From positions 1 through 64,000 of IMG/VR virus record IMGVR_UViG_2681813421_000002: a stretch of DNA of 64,000 nucleotides; one strand, written 5' to 3'. The notes under the pieces are model-generated. The model saw only the letters and a program-made list of their open reading frames with translations, was not told the DNA's origin and did not search any database. Every line of letters begins with the position of its first letter. Within the stretch, counting starts at the first letter, position 1. The position numbers and the translations under genes are program-made. Source of the stretch: a virus. Taxonomy: Duplodnaviria; Heunggongvirae; Uroviricota; Caudoviricetes. Positions 1 through 10,499 of the stretch are shown in pieces.

Positions 1-3000
1 AGAGCCTGCTCCTGCTGTGGAGTTTTCGGAGTAGAAGGGGATACTTGATCTCCCGGAAGTAGATCAATGATTTCTGTATCGTGATTAACAGTGCGTTTTT
101 GTTGTATGGCTGTTGCGATATCAGCCGCTTGAGAAGCTTTTTTAAATCCAAAAGATTTACCGGTTAAGCCGGATATCTTTTCAGTAAGAGCCTGATCCAT
201 TCCTTTCGCTTTTTCGGAAAGCGAAGATATAGAACCAAACGAAGTAGCCAACGCAAAATCCTTTACCAGGTCCAGACTTGTTCCAGCAAGGCTGGTAGCC
301 GCGCCGCCAAATAAATTACTTGCACCACTGATTCCGCTTTCATTTATTGCGATTAACCGCTCAAGCAAACTCGATGGAGAGCCGGTATTAACATCAGTGT
401 TCTCTGGATTAATCGGTTGTGGTTGGTTACCTGTTTTTTGTGGCTTTTTGACTGCCTGGGCATGTTGTGCAACCTCAATTGGCTGTTGTGTTGCTGTCGG
501 AACGGCATTCAAAACTGGTTGAGCTGGAGATTTTCCATTAGCATATTTTACCTTGCGACCAACACTATATTGCGAATCGCGGGCAATTAGCTGACCACCA
601 TTTTCTTTCTGAATTTTATTAATCCGCGCCAATGTTTCGTCAGAGAATTGTCCCTCCCATAGACCAGTGTTTGTGTTAAATGCTCCAAGTGCGTTCTTAA
701 TGAACTCATTATTAACTGCCGGATTTCCGCCTTCTTTCGTCGCAATTGCACGAACTAATTGCGTCATAACCTCTGGTTTGCTGACATCTATTTTTTCATT
801 AGGCGATACACCAAGATATTTACTGACGTTATCAATATATTGGTTAGTATTGTTCTCATTTGGCGGTGCCCATTTTGAAATGATGCTGGATACCGTCTGT
901 AACTTCTGATATCCCGCTGCGGCACTGGTGCCGTTGTAATAGCTGGAAACCTGGTTTGCCAGTGCCCTGATCCCTTCTTCAGGTGTGTTAAATCGCGCAA
1001 AACGTTGTTCACCTTTTGCATTTGGCGATTCCAGCGTCGCCCCTTCCTGGTTGGCAAAAACAAGATTGCCGAGATTATTATTTCGGTAATTGCGGTTTTT
1101 AGCGTTGCTGCCGCCAATATTCAGATCCGCTGCAATGGTGTTGTTGGCAGGTGAACTAAATTCAGTTGGAGAAGTATACCCGTGCTCACCAACTCCATCC
1201 TCGCCATTACGCCCACCTTGTAATTGTTCACCTAGAGAATGAATCGCATCGACAGTTTTTTTGGTGCCGTCTTCAACAGCTTTTTTTACTTGTTTCGTGT
1301 TTTCGTCAGTGGATAAAAATGTATCCTTAAGGCTACCAAAAACAGATTTGGTGATATCTACCGCGCCGTTAACACCACGAGCAATATCTCCGGTATCAAA
1401 ATTCTGAAGTTTTTCACCTGCTCTTTCAAATCCTAGCGCAGAAATTCCTTTCCCTATCAAGTTCGTTGCGCCCGACACCAAGCCCCCCATATCGAGCACA
1501 TTAGCTGTTGCGTAAGCCGTTTTTTGCTGTTCGGCTACAGCATCATCGTCACTTAATCCAAAGGCTGCCTTTTGCGCATCTGTATCAGTGTAACCATCTA
1601 TAGCGTCATATCCCGCCATAGCCAGCGAACCGATGATAGGGATAGCTCTTGCAGCTGTAGAAGCAGCTGATTTAACACCTATTTTTGCAGCACTTTTGAG
1701 GGCTACGGATTCGGTTTTTTTCTTTGCAACAGTTTCACCTGTTTTAACTGTGGCCTCTTCGGCAACAACACCTGCTGGCTTAACTGCCTTTGCTGTGTTT
1801 TTTGTTTCTTTAGCAATACCCTTAGATGCGTCGCTTGTGGTGCTGATGTCTTTGGCTTTACTAACCTTTGTTTTAACAGTCTTTGCAGCTCCGGCACCAG
1901 CTCCAGCAGCAGCGGTTCCGGCAGCGGCTTTTTCACCAACAGTAAGGGCTTTTTTCCCCAGATTGCGACCTTTCCTTTTCGGTTTGTTCCGTTTATTTTT
2001 ACCAGCCTGATCGCCAATATTGATTTTATTTCTTCTGCTTGCTCGATTTCTCCAGAGATCACTTAAGCCGAACTTATTCCCAGAAGATACTGATTTGCGT
2101 AGCTTAACTACTTCGTCGGAGACATTTTCCAGACCATCAATTATTTTGTTGTCATTGGTCTGAAGAATTTTTGTTTGCTCTTCTACTGCTTGTGCTGATT
2201 TTGTCTCAACAGCATTATTAAATGCTGTTGCAGAGGTTGCTTTTTGAGTATTAACCACCGCCGGATAAGTGATAGCTGGAGATGTCGCTTTCGAAGGTGA
2301 AGCCTCACCTTTCCCCTTTTCTACCCATTCTTTAAGAGATTCTGCTTTACCTGTGATCTCTTTAGTAATGTCGTACATGCCGCGAGCAGCCATCCACAAC
2401 GGACCACCAGCGCCAACACCTGCGGCATCTGTTAAAGACTCTTCACTGGAAGACTGATTGCCATCTACCCCTATAATGGAGCCTAATTTCCGGAGGAAGC
2501 CTTCTTGTAGTTTGGCGTCGGCCTTATGTGCTTTCTGCCATTCTTTTTTTCTGGCTATATCTTCGTTGTTTTTCTGGGATACAAAGCGTCCGTTACTATC
2601 CCGAAGCGGTCCTTTTTGGCTTTGGGGGGATTGTGGTTCAAGAGGAGCAGAATTAGCGGCTAATGGCACAGAACCTTTCAACTTTTGGGCTGACTGGCGT
2701 GATGACGCAAAATGAACGCGCTCTGATGTGTTGGTTGCAACAATGAGACGTTCTTCTCCGTTGTTGACCTGCGTCCTCCCTTTTTTCATCGGAAGGCGTT
2801 TTATATATGGGTTAGCTTGGGTATTCTTGGCATCATCAGAGACATAGGGTTCGCTTGCTATGAGTCTACGGGATAGTCTTTGACTTACTTTACCTTGATT
2901 TTCACCAAGTTGAGTTATAGACCCTCTACCAGAGAGAATGGCGTCTTTGATCTCAGCAAGAGCGTTAAGTTCGTTTGTGCTCGCCCCCTGAATAGCGTCA

Positions 3001-3125
3001 ATTATTGCGATACGGTCTTTATTCTCTTTCAAAATAACCTCTCTTTTGCCAGCGGCGATCAACGTTTCCCGGCTTGAGCTTTGTATTTTTCTTCCAGGGC
3101 TTTTGACATATGGAGTGCTCGCCAT
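1..3125 (-). CDS. Large virion protein, Sit-like tape-measure/injection protein (3' end beyond window edge, >1040 codons)
   Basis: ATG at 3125-3123 on minus strand; frame spot-checked open toward position 1; absent from ORF track, consistent with no stop in window; ORFs 1633-2010(+) and 1703-2062(-) are shadow frames with Ala/Gly/Lys/Pro-rich low complexity; sits at end of tail module. Confidence 0.5.
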   Translation of the reverse strand, partial: MASTPYVKSPGRKIQSSSRETLIAAGKREVILKENKDRIAIIDAIQGASTNELNALAEIKDAILSGRGSITQLGENQGKVSQRLSRRLIASEPYVSDDAKNTQANPYIKRLPMKKGRTQVNNGEERLIVATNTSERVHFASSRQSAQKLKGSVPLAANSAPLEPQSPQSQKGPLRDSNGRFVSQKNNEDIARKKEWQKAHKADAKLQEGFLRKLGSIIGVDGNQSSSEESLTDAAGVGAGGPLWMAARGMYDITKEITGKAESLKEWVEKGKGEASPSKATSPAITYPAVVNTQKATSATAFNNAVETKSAQAVEEQTKILQTNDNKIIDGLENVSDEVVKLRKSVSSGNKFGLSDLWRNRASRRNKINIGDQAGKNKRNKPKRKGRNLGKKALTVGEKAAAGTAAAGAGAGAAKTVKTKVSKAKDISTTSDASKGIAKETKNTAKAVKPAGVVAEEATVKTGETVAKKKTESVALKSAAKIGVKSAASTAARAIPIIGSLAMAGYDAIDGYTDTDAQKAAFGLSDDDAVAEQQKTAYATANVLDMGGLVSGATNLIGKGISALGFERAGEKLQNFDTGDIARGVNGAVDITKSVFGSLKDTFLSTDENTKQVKKAVEDGTKKTVDAIHSLGEQLQGGRNGEDGVGEHGYTSPTEFSSPANNTIAADLNIGGSNAKNRNYRNNNLGNLVFANQEGATLESPNAKGEQRFARFNTPEEGIRALANQVSSYYNGTSAAAGYQKLQTVSSIISKWAPPNENNTNQYIDNVSKYLGVSPNEKIDVSKPEVMTQLVRAIATKEGGNPAVNNEFIKNALGAFNTNTGLWEGQFSDETLARINKIQKENGGQLIARDSQYSVGRKVKYANGKSPAQPVLNAVPTATQQPIEVAQHAQAVKKPQKTGNQPQPINPENTDVNTGSPSSLLERLIAINESGISGASNLFGGAATSLAGTSLDLVKDFALATSFGSISSLSEKAKGMDQALTEKISGLTGKSFGFKKASQAADIATAIQQKRTVNHDTEIIDLLPGDQVSPSTPKTPQQEQA

Positions 3126-3179
3126 TGTGGCAATTGTTCAACGTCACTAACGGGCTGATATCCATACAGAGTCAGGTTG

Positions 3180-4001
3180 TTAATAATGGTTAGCCATCCA
3201 TTCAGATCTAATTGATGGGATAAACTCTCTATTGAGAAAGGGGACGTACAGTGTGGTTGTCACATCTGCACCCTCCTTAGCGTTTTTGCAATGTTGCGGA
3301 GGCAGGATCAGTCGGCTTGAGCCTCTCTCAATAGACATTTTCAGGCCGTGGCGTAGGTCTTTTTGCATAAGCTGTATGCGAGCCACAAGCGGGGTAAATT
3401 CGGTTTCAAGCGCCATGCTTTCAATGATGTCAAAGCGTCGGTTAGCGGCCTGCGTGAAGTCCTCCGGATCGTCTTCAAGCGCCGTGCATAAAGCGAGTTC
3501 AGCAATTCGCATCCGTGCTACGCCAGCACTGTATTCGGGAGTTTTCATATCAGGAAGTGACGCTCGCATTCGTTCAAGGAGTTCCGCGCCTTTCCCGGTT
3601 AATGGTTTAAGTATCCAGTCAGTTGGTACTCCATTTACTGGTACGTTGGTTTTCACGTAAGGAGGTACAGTGAGTATTTCTACTGTTTGGGCCAGGTCGC
3701 TCAGGTTAATATCTGCATGATGCGTATTACCGCAGTGACTGCACTCATAGGAGTAGGTCATTACTGCATCGGGGCGCGAATTAACAAATATCCACCAAAG
3801 AGCAGTTCTGCGGTCCTGAACTGTCCAGTTAGCACTGTCGTTAATTTCACCATCCTGCATAGAGTTAAGGTACTCTGTAGTCGTTGCCTCATCTTCTGCC
3901 GGGTTCAGGTCAGAATATTTCAGCGCATCCTTCACGGTAGGGGCGTGGAACTGAATTTCTGTCTCAGGACGGGAAGGCAATGGGAATTTTGGAATGTTCA
4001 A
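3180..4001 (-). CDS. Hypothetical tail-module protein (CxxC motif)
   Basis: 273-aa ORF co-directional with and immediately upstream of the Sit-like gene; CSHCGNTHH motif; no recognisable family. Confidence 0.5.
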   Translation of the reverse strand: MNIPKFPLPSRPETEIQFHAPTVKDALKYSDLNPAEDEATTTEYLNSMQDGEINDSANWTVQDRRTALWWIFVNSRPDAVMTYSYECSHCGNTHHADINLSDLAQTVEILTVPPYVKTNVPVNGVPTDWILKPLTGKGAELLERMRASLPDMKTPEYSAGVARMRIAELALCTALEDDPEDFTQAANRRFDIIESMALETEFTPLVARIQLMQKDLRHGLKMSIERGSSRLILPPQHCKNAKEGADVTTTLYVPFLNREFIPSIRSEWMANHY

Positions 4002-4247
4002 TTATTCCTCCGAAAAGCAGGTATCTGTTCATTTTCCAGAGGATAGGGAGTGTGTGATTTGCGATGGGGATTGAATGAAGATCTTTGCCGGTCGAGAAGC
4101 GATTATTGAGGGTGATTTTTACACCTTAAGTGACGCTACTCACATATCCACAGAGTATTTTTATAAACCTTTTTCCATTTTTAATCCTTTTTAGATCCTT
4201 TTTAGGCGTCGCTGGAGCCAGTAGTGGCGCGGGCTGTAGAGGAGGCT

Positions 4248-4365
4248 GGTGTAAGATTTGCCCTCAATTAAATACGATCGGTGTAAGATTTGCCCTCAGA
4301 AGGTGTAAGATTTGCCCTCAAAAGGTGTAGTAATTGCCCTCAAAGTGGTGTAAAAATTGCCCTCA
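4248..4365 (+). repeat. Iteron array: 5 direct repeats GGTGTAAGATTTGCCCTCA upstream of repA
   Basis: Repeats at 4248, 4280, 4302, 4324, 4347 with 22-32 bp spacing; DnaA-box-like ATATCCACA at 4144-4152; iteron half-copy at 4111-4125. Confidence 0.8.
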
Positions 4366-4389
4366 CCATTTGAAGGATCACACAGGGTT

Positions 4390-5145
4390 ATGAACAGAGC
4401 GGAATTAACAGCAAAAGCCGTCAGCCTGATTGAGTCAGCGACACCTATTAGTCGTAGTCTGGCACAAGCCAATGAGATCACGGAGGCTGCTTATCACCTG
4501 ACTCGCGACCAAAAGCGACTGTTGTTTATTGTGGTGGGAAGACTTCGCTATGCTTCTAAGGATGGCGTTCTTGGTTCAGGTGCCTGTGAGTTGACGGTCA
4601 ACGAATATGCAGAGATGTATAATTTGCCCTCTGCTGAAGCCAGCAAGGATATTCGTAAGGCCATTTCAGGGCTTAGCGAGAAGAAAGTTACGATATATAA
4701 CCCTGATGAATCGACCGAATCAGAAGACAGTTATGAGTCTTATCCCTGGATGATTAAGGATGCCTATTCACCACGGCGCGGGACTTACATTATTCATCTT
4801 AATCCATATCTCATGCCGTTTTTTACTCTGCTTGATAAGAGATTCACAAGGCTGAATTTTACCGAAGTATCTCGCCTTACAAATCCTTATTCTATGCGGC
4901 TTTATGAGTCCTTATGCCAGTACAGGAAGGATGATGGAAGCGGCTTTGCCATACTTGGCGTCGAATGGATGCGGGAGCGTTATGGGTTACCAAAAAGCTA
5001 TCAGCGGTATGCCGAATTTAAGAGAAGTTTTTTAACGAAGGCTGTAGCAGAGATTGAAAAAAATACAAAAATGAAAATAGTCTTCTCAGAGGTGACGGAA
5101 GGCGGCAAAGTTACCAGGATAAAATTTACCTATCAGCAGTCTTAA
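4390..5145 (+). CDS. repA: Iteron-binding replication initiator RepA (Rep_3 family, pSC101 RepA / F RepE / R6K pi type)
   Basis: Track ORF 4357-5145 starts at TTG inside last iteron; ATG at 4390 (MNRAEL) more likely; motifs SRLTNPYSMRLYE and EFKRSFLTKAVAEIEKNT typical of Rep_3 initiators; flanked by iterons. Confidence 0.8.
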   Translation: MNRAELTAKAVSLIESATPISRSLAQANEITEAAYHLTRDQKRLLFIVVGRLRYASKDGVLGSGACELTVNEYAEMYNLPSAEASKDIRKAISGLSEKKVTIYNPDESTESEDSYESYPWMIKDAYSPRRGTYIIHLNPYLMPFFTLLDKRFTRLNFTEVSRLTNPYSMRLYESLCQYRKDDGSGFAILGVEWMRERYGLPKSYQRYAEFKRSFLTKAVAEIEKNTKMKIVFSEVTEGGKVTRIKFTYQQS

Positions 5146-5146
5146 G

Positions 5147-5440
5147 GGCAATTTTTACACCCCTCTCAAGGTGTAGAATTTGCCCTTAACGATCGGCAAT
5201 TGAGGGTAATTTTTACATCTTAATTGCATGTATCTTGTTATTAGCAAGTTGTGTTTTTATATAACGTATTGATATGTAAGGATTATGTAAAAAACGCCCT
5301 CAACCAATATCGTGCGTATCGTGCATTCTTATTGCGCTTTTTTATTATCATTCACTGTGTTAACTGATTGATATTATTGAAATATGTAAAGAATGCCTTC
5401 ATTGCAGATGGATTGATGATGTAAAAAATGCCCTCAAAAT
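5147..5440. repeat. Downstream iteron-like repeats in both orientations plus AT-rich stretch (origin/incompatibility region)
   Basis: GGGCAATTTTTACACC (inverted iteron) at 5147, direct copy GGTGTAGAATTTGCCCTTA at 5170, further TGTAAAAAATGCCCTCA-like copies at 5285 and 5420; visibly AT-rich 5220-5410. Confidence 0.65.
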
Positions 5441-5526
5441 TGCGCTACCTTCCCTACCCGCTATCGTTGAGGTCGTGGGTGCTGACGGGAAATGAGCAAC
5501 CCTCCAGCACACATAATTAAAGCTAT

Positions 5527-6234
5527 TCAGAATTTGATCACTCCACTCACAGCCCCCTTTAACGCGCTTGTAGCCATGCCAGCGGCACCGTTGACCAAAG
5601 CAGAAACACCTGAGCCTGCGGATGTGTATTTCTGGAAAGTGATTGGATATGACAAGAACTCTGACACCTGGTCTCGTGAGCGGGTGATTTCCCCAAGTTG
5701 AGTGGGGAATACGCGCATTTCCTCTTCCAGTTCTTTACCGCCATCCTGAGTTACCCGGTAGAGCCGGATCTTCATTAGATATTCAGGAGGAAGGTTTATT
5801 GTTCCGTCCGGGTTTGTCACGCGGGAACGACGCTCTTTGAACCAGTTCATGATCTTGCCGTCTTCGGTATCCCTTACGGTCATCGTGACTGGTCCGGCGG
5901 TGACGTAGGTTGGCTTGCTGAACTCTACGCTACCTATCACCTTGTTTTCTGTCTCGATATTTCCGCTGCTGTAGGTGATATCCTTCACGAACATATCGAA
6001 ACCGTTCAGACCGTCCACTTCAACCGTCCACTGCCATCCCTGGGCGTAACGAATACGCATAGCGGCAGCAACAATATTTTTCCCGTAGGCAATATCGCTG
6101 CTGTAGTTCCCACTTACCCCGCCGCCGGATATTGCTTTATCCAGAATGTCGCTAATGAGGTTGCTGGTGAATGATTTTGTGTTAAATGACAGTGCGGTGG
6201 TCAACGTTCTGCCAACGCTGCTGAAAATACTCAC
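5527..6234 (-). CDS. Phage tail/virion protein, unassigned
   Basis: 235-aa ORF in co-directional structural gene block; no recognisable motif. Confidence 0.5.
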   Translation of the reverse strand: MSIFSSVGRTLTTALSFNTKSFTSNLISDILDKAISGGGVSGNYSSDIAYGKNIVAAAMRIRYAQGWQWTVEVDGLNGFDMFVKDITYSSGNIETENKVIGSVEFSKPTYVTAGPVTMTVRDTEDGKIMNWFKERRSRVTNPDGTINLPPEYLMKIRLYRVTQDGGKELEEEMRVFPTQLGEITRSRDQVSEFLSYPITFQKYTSAGSGVSALVNGAAGMATSALKGAVSGVIKF

Positions 6235-6249
6235 TCTGCGCCTCCAGCG

Positions 6250-6810
6250 TTAAAAAATGGTAGCCCCCGGAATAATCGCCCGGTTTGAGGACATTTTTTC
6301 TTCAATCTCCTGAACGCGGGCATATAACGTGGCTTCATCAGGTAGATCTGAGTAGTCAAATTTCCCGTCGATGGACGCTCGACGCTGGCGGGCGACATTT
6401 CTGACATTGATAAGCGCCTCCAGGTATTCTTCCAACATACCAATGATTGCAGGCGGCACTTGCCATTCGTCCAGTTTTCTGTCGCGGAGATTAACCAGAT
6501 ACAGCATCCGAAAAGGCCATCGTTCTGAACCTGTCAGCTCTAATTCAATAAAGCCGGATAGTTCATCCGAATAGACCAAAAGGCCATTGCTGTCGGTGAC
6601 GTGAACAAGGGATAGATAATCTTCCGGCAATGGGATTGCGGTGCCACCAGCTTTTTCGAGTTTTAGTGTCTTCACTACCCCGGCCCTGTCCTGATACGTG
6701 GTCAGCGCTTTAATCAGGAAGGCTTTCAGCGTGTCTTCTTCACGCACAAGCAGTGGGTTAAATCGCGTTTTAACGCTTTCTAATAATTCGGTTGGTGTCA
6801 TCGTAGCCAC
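6250..6810 (-). CDS. Phage tail/virion protein, unassigned
   Basis: 186-aa ORF tightly packed in structural block. Confidence 0.5.
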   Translation of the reverse strand: MATMTPTELLESVKTRFNPLLVREEDTLKAFLIKALTTYQDRAGVVKTLKLEKAGGTAIPLPEDYLSLVHVTDSNGLLVYSDELSGFIELELTGSERWPFRMLYLVNLRDRKLDEWQVPPAIIGMLEEYLEALINVRNVARQRRASIDGKFDYSDLPDEATLYARVQEIEEKMSSNRAIIPGATIF

Positions 6811-6855
6811 AACTCAAATTCAGAGGAAATCCCGTCCGGAAGGACGGGAAAGAGA

Positions 6856-7347
6856 TCACTCTACCCAGTTGTAAACAATACGCAGGGAAGGTTTCACGAC
6901 TGCCGTTACGTCTTCGGAAGAGAAGTCCACGGCGTCGGAATACACTTTGCAGTGAGAGTAGGTACGAATCAGACCTTTGTGGTTGCCGCTGTTGGATTCA
7001 GCCGCTGCCTGGAAGGTGATATCAAGATACTCTTTGCCATAAACCATTTGTTTAACGGCTGCGAGTACATCCCCTTCGATTGTCTCAGAGCAGGTGACCT
7101 GGAACTCACCAGAGTTGCGCAATGGCCCGTGTTGGTTGAACTTCATGCCGCCGGGGGCATAATCCTCCACGTCTTCGCGTGTCATTTCCGGTAACTGAGT
7201 GGTACGAACAAGTACAGACAGGTTTTCGTAACCTTTAATAGTCATCCAGAATTCTGAACCAATAAGTTTTTCGCCTGCTGCCAGGTTTTTATTAAACCGG
7301 GATTTCAGGAAGGCGATATCGGCTTTTGTATTTGCAAAACCGGACAT
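6856..7347 (-). CDS. Phage tail protein, possible tail tube
   Basis: 163-aa ORF downstream of sheath candidate; size fits tube proteins; assignment by position only. Confidence 0.4.
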   Translation of the reverse strand: MSGFANTKADIAFLKSRFNKNLAAGEKLIGSEFWMTIKGYENLSVLVRTTQLPEMTREDVEDYAPGGMKFNQHGPLRNSGEFQVTCSETIEGDVLAAVKQMVYGKEYLDITFQAAAESNSGNHKGLIRTYSHCKVYSDAVDFSSEDVTAVVKPSLRIVYNWVE

Positions 7348-7355
7348 AATTACTC

Positions 7356-7946
7356 CTACACAAAAACAGATGAGATATTGCTACGGTTGATCGATGTATT
7401 ACCGCTGCATTGCAGGGTTACCGTGTTATGAGTGAAATAGCCTTCTGGTGTGCGCGGGGCGTCCAGTTGGTAACTCACGCTTTTGATAACAACGTCGGTA
7501 AGGGCTATGTTCCTACCTATGTTTAACGTTACTGTCTCCGGGCGACGACCGAATGGCGCTACATTGTTCAGTTCCGGCGATTCCATCTTCAGCAATGCTG
7601 TAATGGCTGCGTTCACTTCAAGTTGCGCGTTCGTTGTCGCCATGAAATCAATTACCAGATTAAATTCAGGCGGTTGCTGACCTTCCCAAACAAGCATTGA
7701 GTTGAAGAGGGTTTTTGTTGTTACGCCGGTTGCGGTCTGAAGCGTATCTGCAAGAGAGCCAGCCGCAGCGCTAATACCACCAAGCAAACCTCCTACTGAC
7801 TGGTTTTCAAATGGTGATTGCCACATTGATGATAGTTCTGCGGTAGATCCTTCACCGATATAACCGACGACCATATCCTCTGAAGAGAGGATATAAACCT
7901 TCATTAACGGACTTATTCCGTCAGGCATTATCGCGCCGCAAATCAA
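7356..7946 (-). CDS. Phage tail protein, unassigned (possible tube or chaperone)
   Basis: 196-aa ORF; start ambiguous (internal Met at about 7928 or 7904). Confidence 0.45.
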   Translation of the reverse strand: MICGAIMPDGISPLMKVYILSSEDMVVGYIGEGSTAELSSMWQSPFENQSVGGLLGGISAAAGSLADTLQTATGVTTKTLFNSMLVWEGQQPPEFNLVIDFMATTNAQLEVNAAITALLKMESPELNNVAPFGRRPETVTLNIGRNIALTDVVIKSVSYQLDAPRTPEGYFTHNTVTLQCSGNTSINRSNISSVFV

Positions 7947-7995
7947 ACGCTATTTCTCCCTGGTAGAGGCCACCTTTGCAGGCGGCCTATGTCAC

Positions 7996-8736
7996 TTACA
8001 AACCGCGTTTTTTGCGAATGCGCATTGATTTTTTGCGGTTGATATTCGCTACGGATGTATGTGCTTTGCGGCGTGCTTTTTTCAGCGCCTGTTTTTGCAA
8101 TGACGTCATGCGGCGAGGACGCGGGCGTTTACGGATGATGGTAACCTTGCCATCACGAACCACTTTTTTACGTACCGCTTCCAGCATTGCGCTATCACCA
8201 CCAGCAACGGTGTAAATGGCAATAGCTGTTTCCATCATGTCGGTGTCGCTTTCGGAAAGAGCGTCAAAAACACGTTCGGCAGCTGAGTCATCTTCATCGT
8301 CGATCATTTCGGTTACATCGTCCTGATCAGCGCCAAGCGCAACAGCTGCATCAGCAAGAGCTGCGAGAGCATCGTTATAAGCATCGATTTGTTCATCGGT
8401 GAAATCGGTGCCTTCATCGATATCAGCCAGGCCAGCCATAGTGATTGCTAATGCATCAAATGAGTCAGCCTCCGGATCACCATCTTCAACCCAACCAGCA
8501 AGCATGGACGCTGCCAGGCTGCGCATATCACCTTGTGCACGGGATTCAACCGCTTCCATCATCGCGGTTTCAATGTCGTCTTTGGGCTTTGGTTGAGTGT
8601 CCTTTCCTTTCTGTCCTGCACTTTCCAGCATGGCGTTATCATTATTGTCCTGAGTGGATTTATCACCGCTTTCAAAGCAGCCAGAACCGAAAATCGCACG
8701 CATAAACGGATCAGCAGTATAATTTTTCATATTCAA
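7996..8736 (-). CDS. Acidic virion protein with strongly basic C-terminal tail
   Basis: 246 aa; Asp/Glu-rich body and C-terminal RKRPRPRR...RKKRGL tail; between sheath candidate and smaller tail genes. Confidence 0.5.
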   Translation of the reverse strand: MNMKNYTADPFMRAIFGSGCFESGDKSTQDNNDNAMLESAGQKGKDTQPKPKDDIETAMMEAVESRAQGDMRSLAASMLAGWVEDGDPEADSFDALAITMAGLADIDEGTDFTDEQIDAYNDALAALADAAVALGADQDDVTEMIDDEDDSAAERVFDALSESDTDMMETAIAIYTVAGGDSAMLEAVRKKVVRDGKVTIIRKRPRPRRMTSLQKQALKKARRKAHTSVANINRKKSMRIRKKRGL

Positions 8737-8773
8737 ACCTCTCTCCCCCGCATCATTTAGCGGGGGTTATAAA

Positions 8774-10432
8774 TCAGCGCATCAGAATTGGCTTACCGAC
8801 GATTCGGCGAGCTGTACCGGTCGGACAAACAGACCAGGCCACTTCCCACAGATCGATGTCCTTTTGGACAACCTGAACAACATATGGATCTTCACCCTGG
8901 GACTTGTCACGTGGAGTAACCAGCGCACCGGCTGCAACGTAACGGTCAAGCAATTCAGTCATTGCTTTCATTAGCGCTTCTTTGGTAATGCCATCCGGTT
9001 CGTGCTTAATCGCCTGAGCTACTTCATAGAAATCTCTGGCGATGGCGTTCATCAAGGAAGACACATGCTGGAATCGCAGATAGTTGTTTTTGCTGTAAGT
9101 TGTTAAAGAGTCGTCAATGTAAACGGACCCGTCAGCAGCAACTGAAACTGGATTAATGCGCGCAAGAACGAACGCTTCACGATCAACTGCACCGATATTT
9201 GGAATTCGGGCAATGTTCTGTCGATCAATAATCGCGCGTGATATACCTGCCGGTGCGTAATGCCAACCACCAACATCCGGTACCAGCGCCACTCCTTTTG
9301 CCTTCGCTACGAATGCGTCGCAGCTAATGCCATAGACGACATTCATTCCAGTGAAAGTATCTCGGCAGGAGAGCGGGAAGTAGTAACGGCTTGGTTGATG
9401 TGAGCCGCCAAAACTATGGCTTTTCGCTTCTGAAATAGCGTTTTCAGGTGTCTGGTTGCCCTTCAGGTCATAGAACATGTCTACGCGAACATCTTCAGCC
9501 AGCTTTTTGATTGCGGCTAAGGCGGATGCGTCATAACAACCCAATGACAGCAATGCGGTGTAATTAACCTCTGAAGCTTCGAGAACCTTTAATGCTTCCA
9601 GATAGTCTGCAGCGGCAATTTCGGACAGATTTCCATCAGTACCACCTTCAAAAGCCACATCCTCAAAAATGAGTTGAGCAGCGGATGCTTCTGCATTATC
9701 TGCCAGTACGGCACCAATGCGAGTGGACTGGCTTTCAAGCAGTGTCGGAATCCATGCTGGTTGGCCCATGTCGTTGGTGCCTTCTGGATTGAAAGACACT
9801 TGGTGGCTTTCCAGCACCTCAATGGACCCATCGGTTTTTTTTTCTTTCAGCGTCAGCGTAAAGAGTTCGCTTTCTTCATCATCGCGAGTTAGTGATAACG
9901 TGCGATTTTGAGATGCATCACCATCTTTGATGAAGAATAATGCCTTCTCTCCACCTTTAATCTGGGGCGTCTCTTTGGGTGTGAAGGTCACTGATTGAGT
10001 CGTTGCAGTTGGAGCAACACCAACGCTTAATGTGTCACCTGGATTTGCTGTGGTTTCAGTAGGTTCAACGGAAAGTTCTTTGCTCGCCTTTGCCGCTTTT
10101 GCTTTGCCCACAACGGAAACAGAAATACCCGGCACCTTCATGTCTTTAGCGCAAACTCGAACGACATATCCAGAGCCGCCTTTTACTGCACGCTCCACGT
10201 GGCGATATGGTTCAAATGCCGCGCCCAGGCGAGGGTGAATCGGTGAACCTAATACGCTTTGATAAGTCGTATCGTCAACTTTCAGTACCTTACCCGGTGC
10301 GCCACGACGCGATATTACAAGCCCAGCAAAGACGGATGCGCCACCGCTGGTATTGGTGAGGGTAGCGTCAGCATTTACTGACATTACAGCAACGCCAGCT
10401 GCCTGCCCTACCGAAAAACTAATCTTATTCAT
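8774..10432 (-). CDS. Contractile tail sheath protein candidate
   Basis: 552 aa; C-terminal region has GGWHY...PAG... pattern resembling conserved C-terminal domain of P2 FI-type sheath proteins (recalled, not aligned). Confidence 0.45.
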   Translation of the reverse strand: MNKISFSVGQAAGVAVMSVNADATLTNTSGGASVFAGLVISRRGAPGKVLKVDDTTYQSVLGSPIHPRLGAAFEPYRHVERAVKGGSGYVVRVCAKDMKVPGISVSVVGKAKAAKASKELSVEPTETTANPGDTLSVGVAPTATTQSVTFTPKETPQIKGGEKALFFIKDGDASQNRTLSLTRDDEESELFTLTLKEKKTDGSIEVLESHQVSFNPEGTNDMGQPAWIPTLLESQSTRIGAVLADNAEASAAQLIFEDVAFEGGTDGNLSEIAAADYLEALKVLEASEVNYTALLSLGCYDASALAAIKKLAEDVRVDMFYDLKGNQTPENAISEAKSHSFGGSHQPSRYYFPLSCRDTFTGMNVVYGISCDAFVAKAKGVALVPDVGGWHYAPAGISRAIIDRQNIARIPNIGAVDREAFVLARINPVSVAADGSVYIDDSLTTYSKNNYLRFQHVSSLMNAIARDFYEVAQAIKHEPDGITKEALMKAMTELLDRYVAAGALVTPRDKSQGEDPYVVQVVQKDIDLWEVAWSVCPTGTARRIVGKPILMR

Positions 10433-10499
10433 GCTGGTTCTTATCCTCTAAAGCGAGAGAACGAGGCAAGGCTGCCCACGGTTAATGGGCAGCCTCTGA

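Noticed and set aside
667-2715. Track ORFs on both strands inside the first 3 kb (667-909, 788-1117, 1633-2010, 1703-2062, 2269-2715)
   Set aside because: They are alternative frames of the long minus-strand Sit-like gene; their low-complexity Ala/Pro/Leu/Lys products are typical shadow-frame translations.
4248-5440. Iteron arrays as a CRISPR array
   Set aside because: Repeats are about 19 bp with irregular 22-32 bp spacing, occur in both orientations, flank a Rep_3 initiator gene and have no cas genes; this is a plasmid origin.
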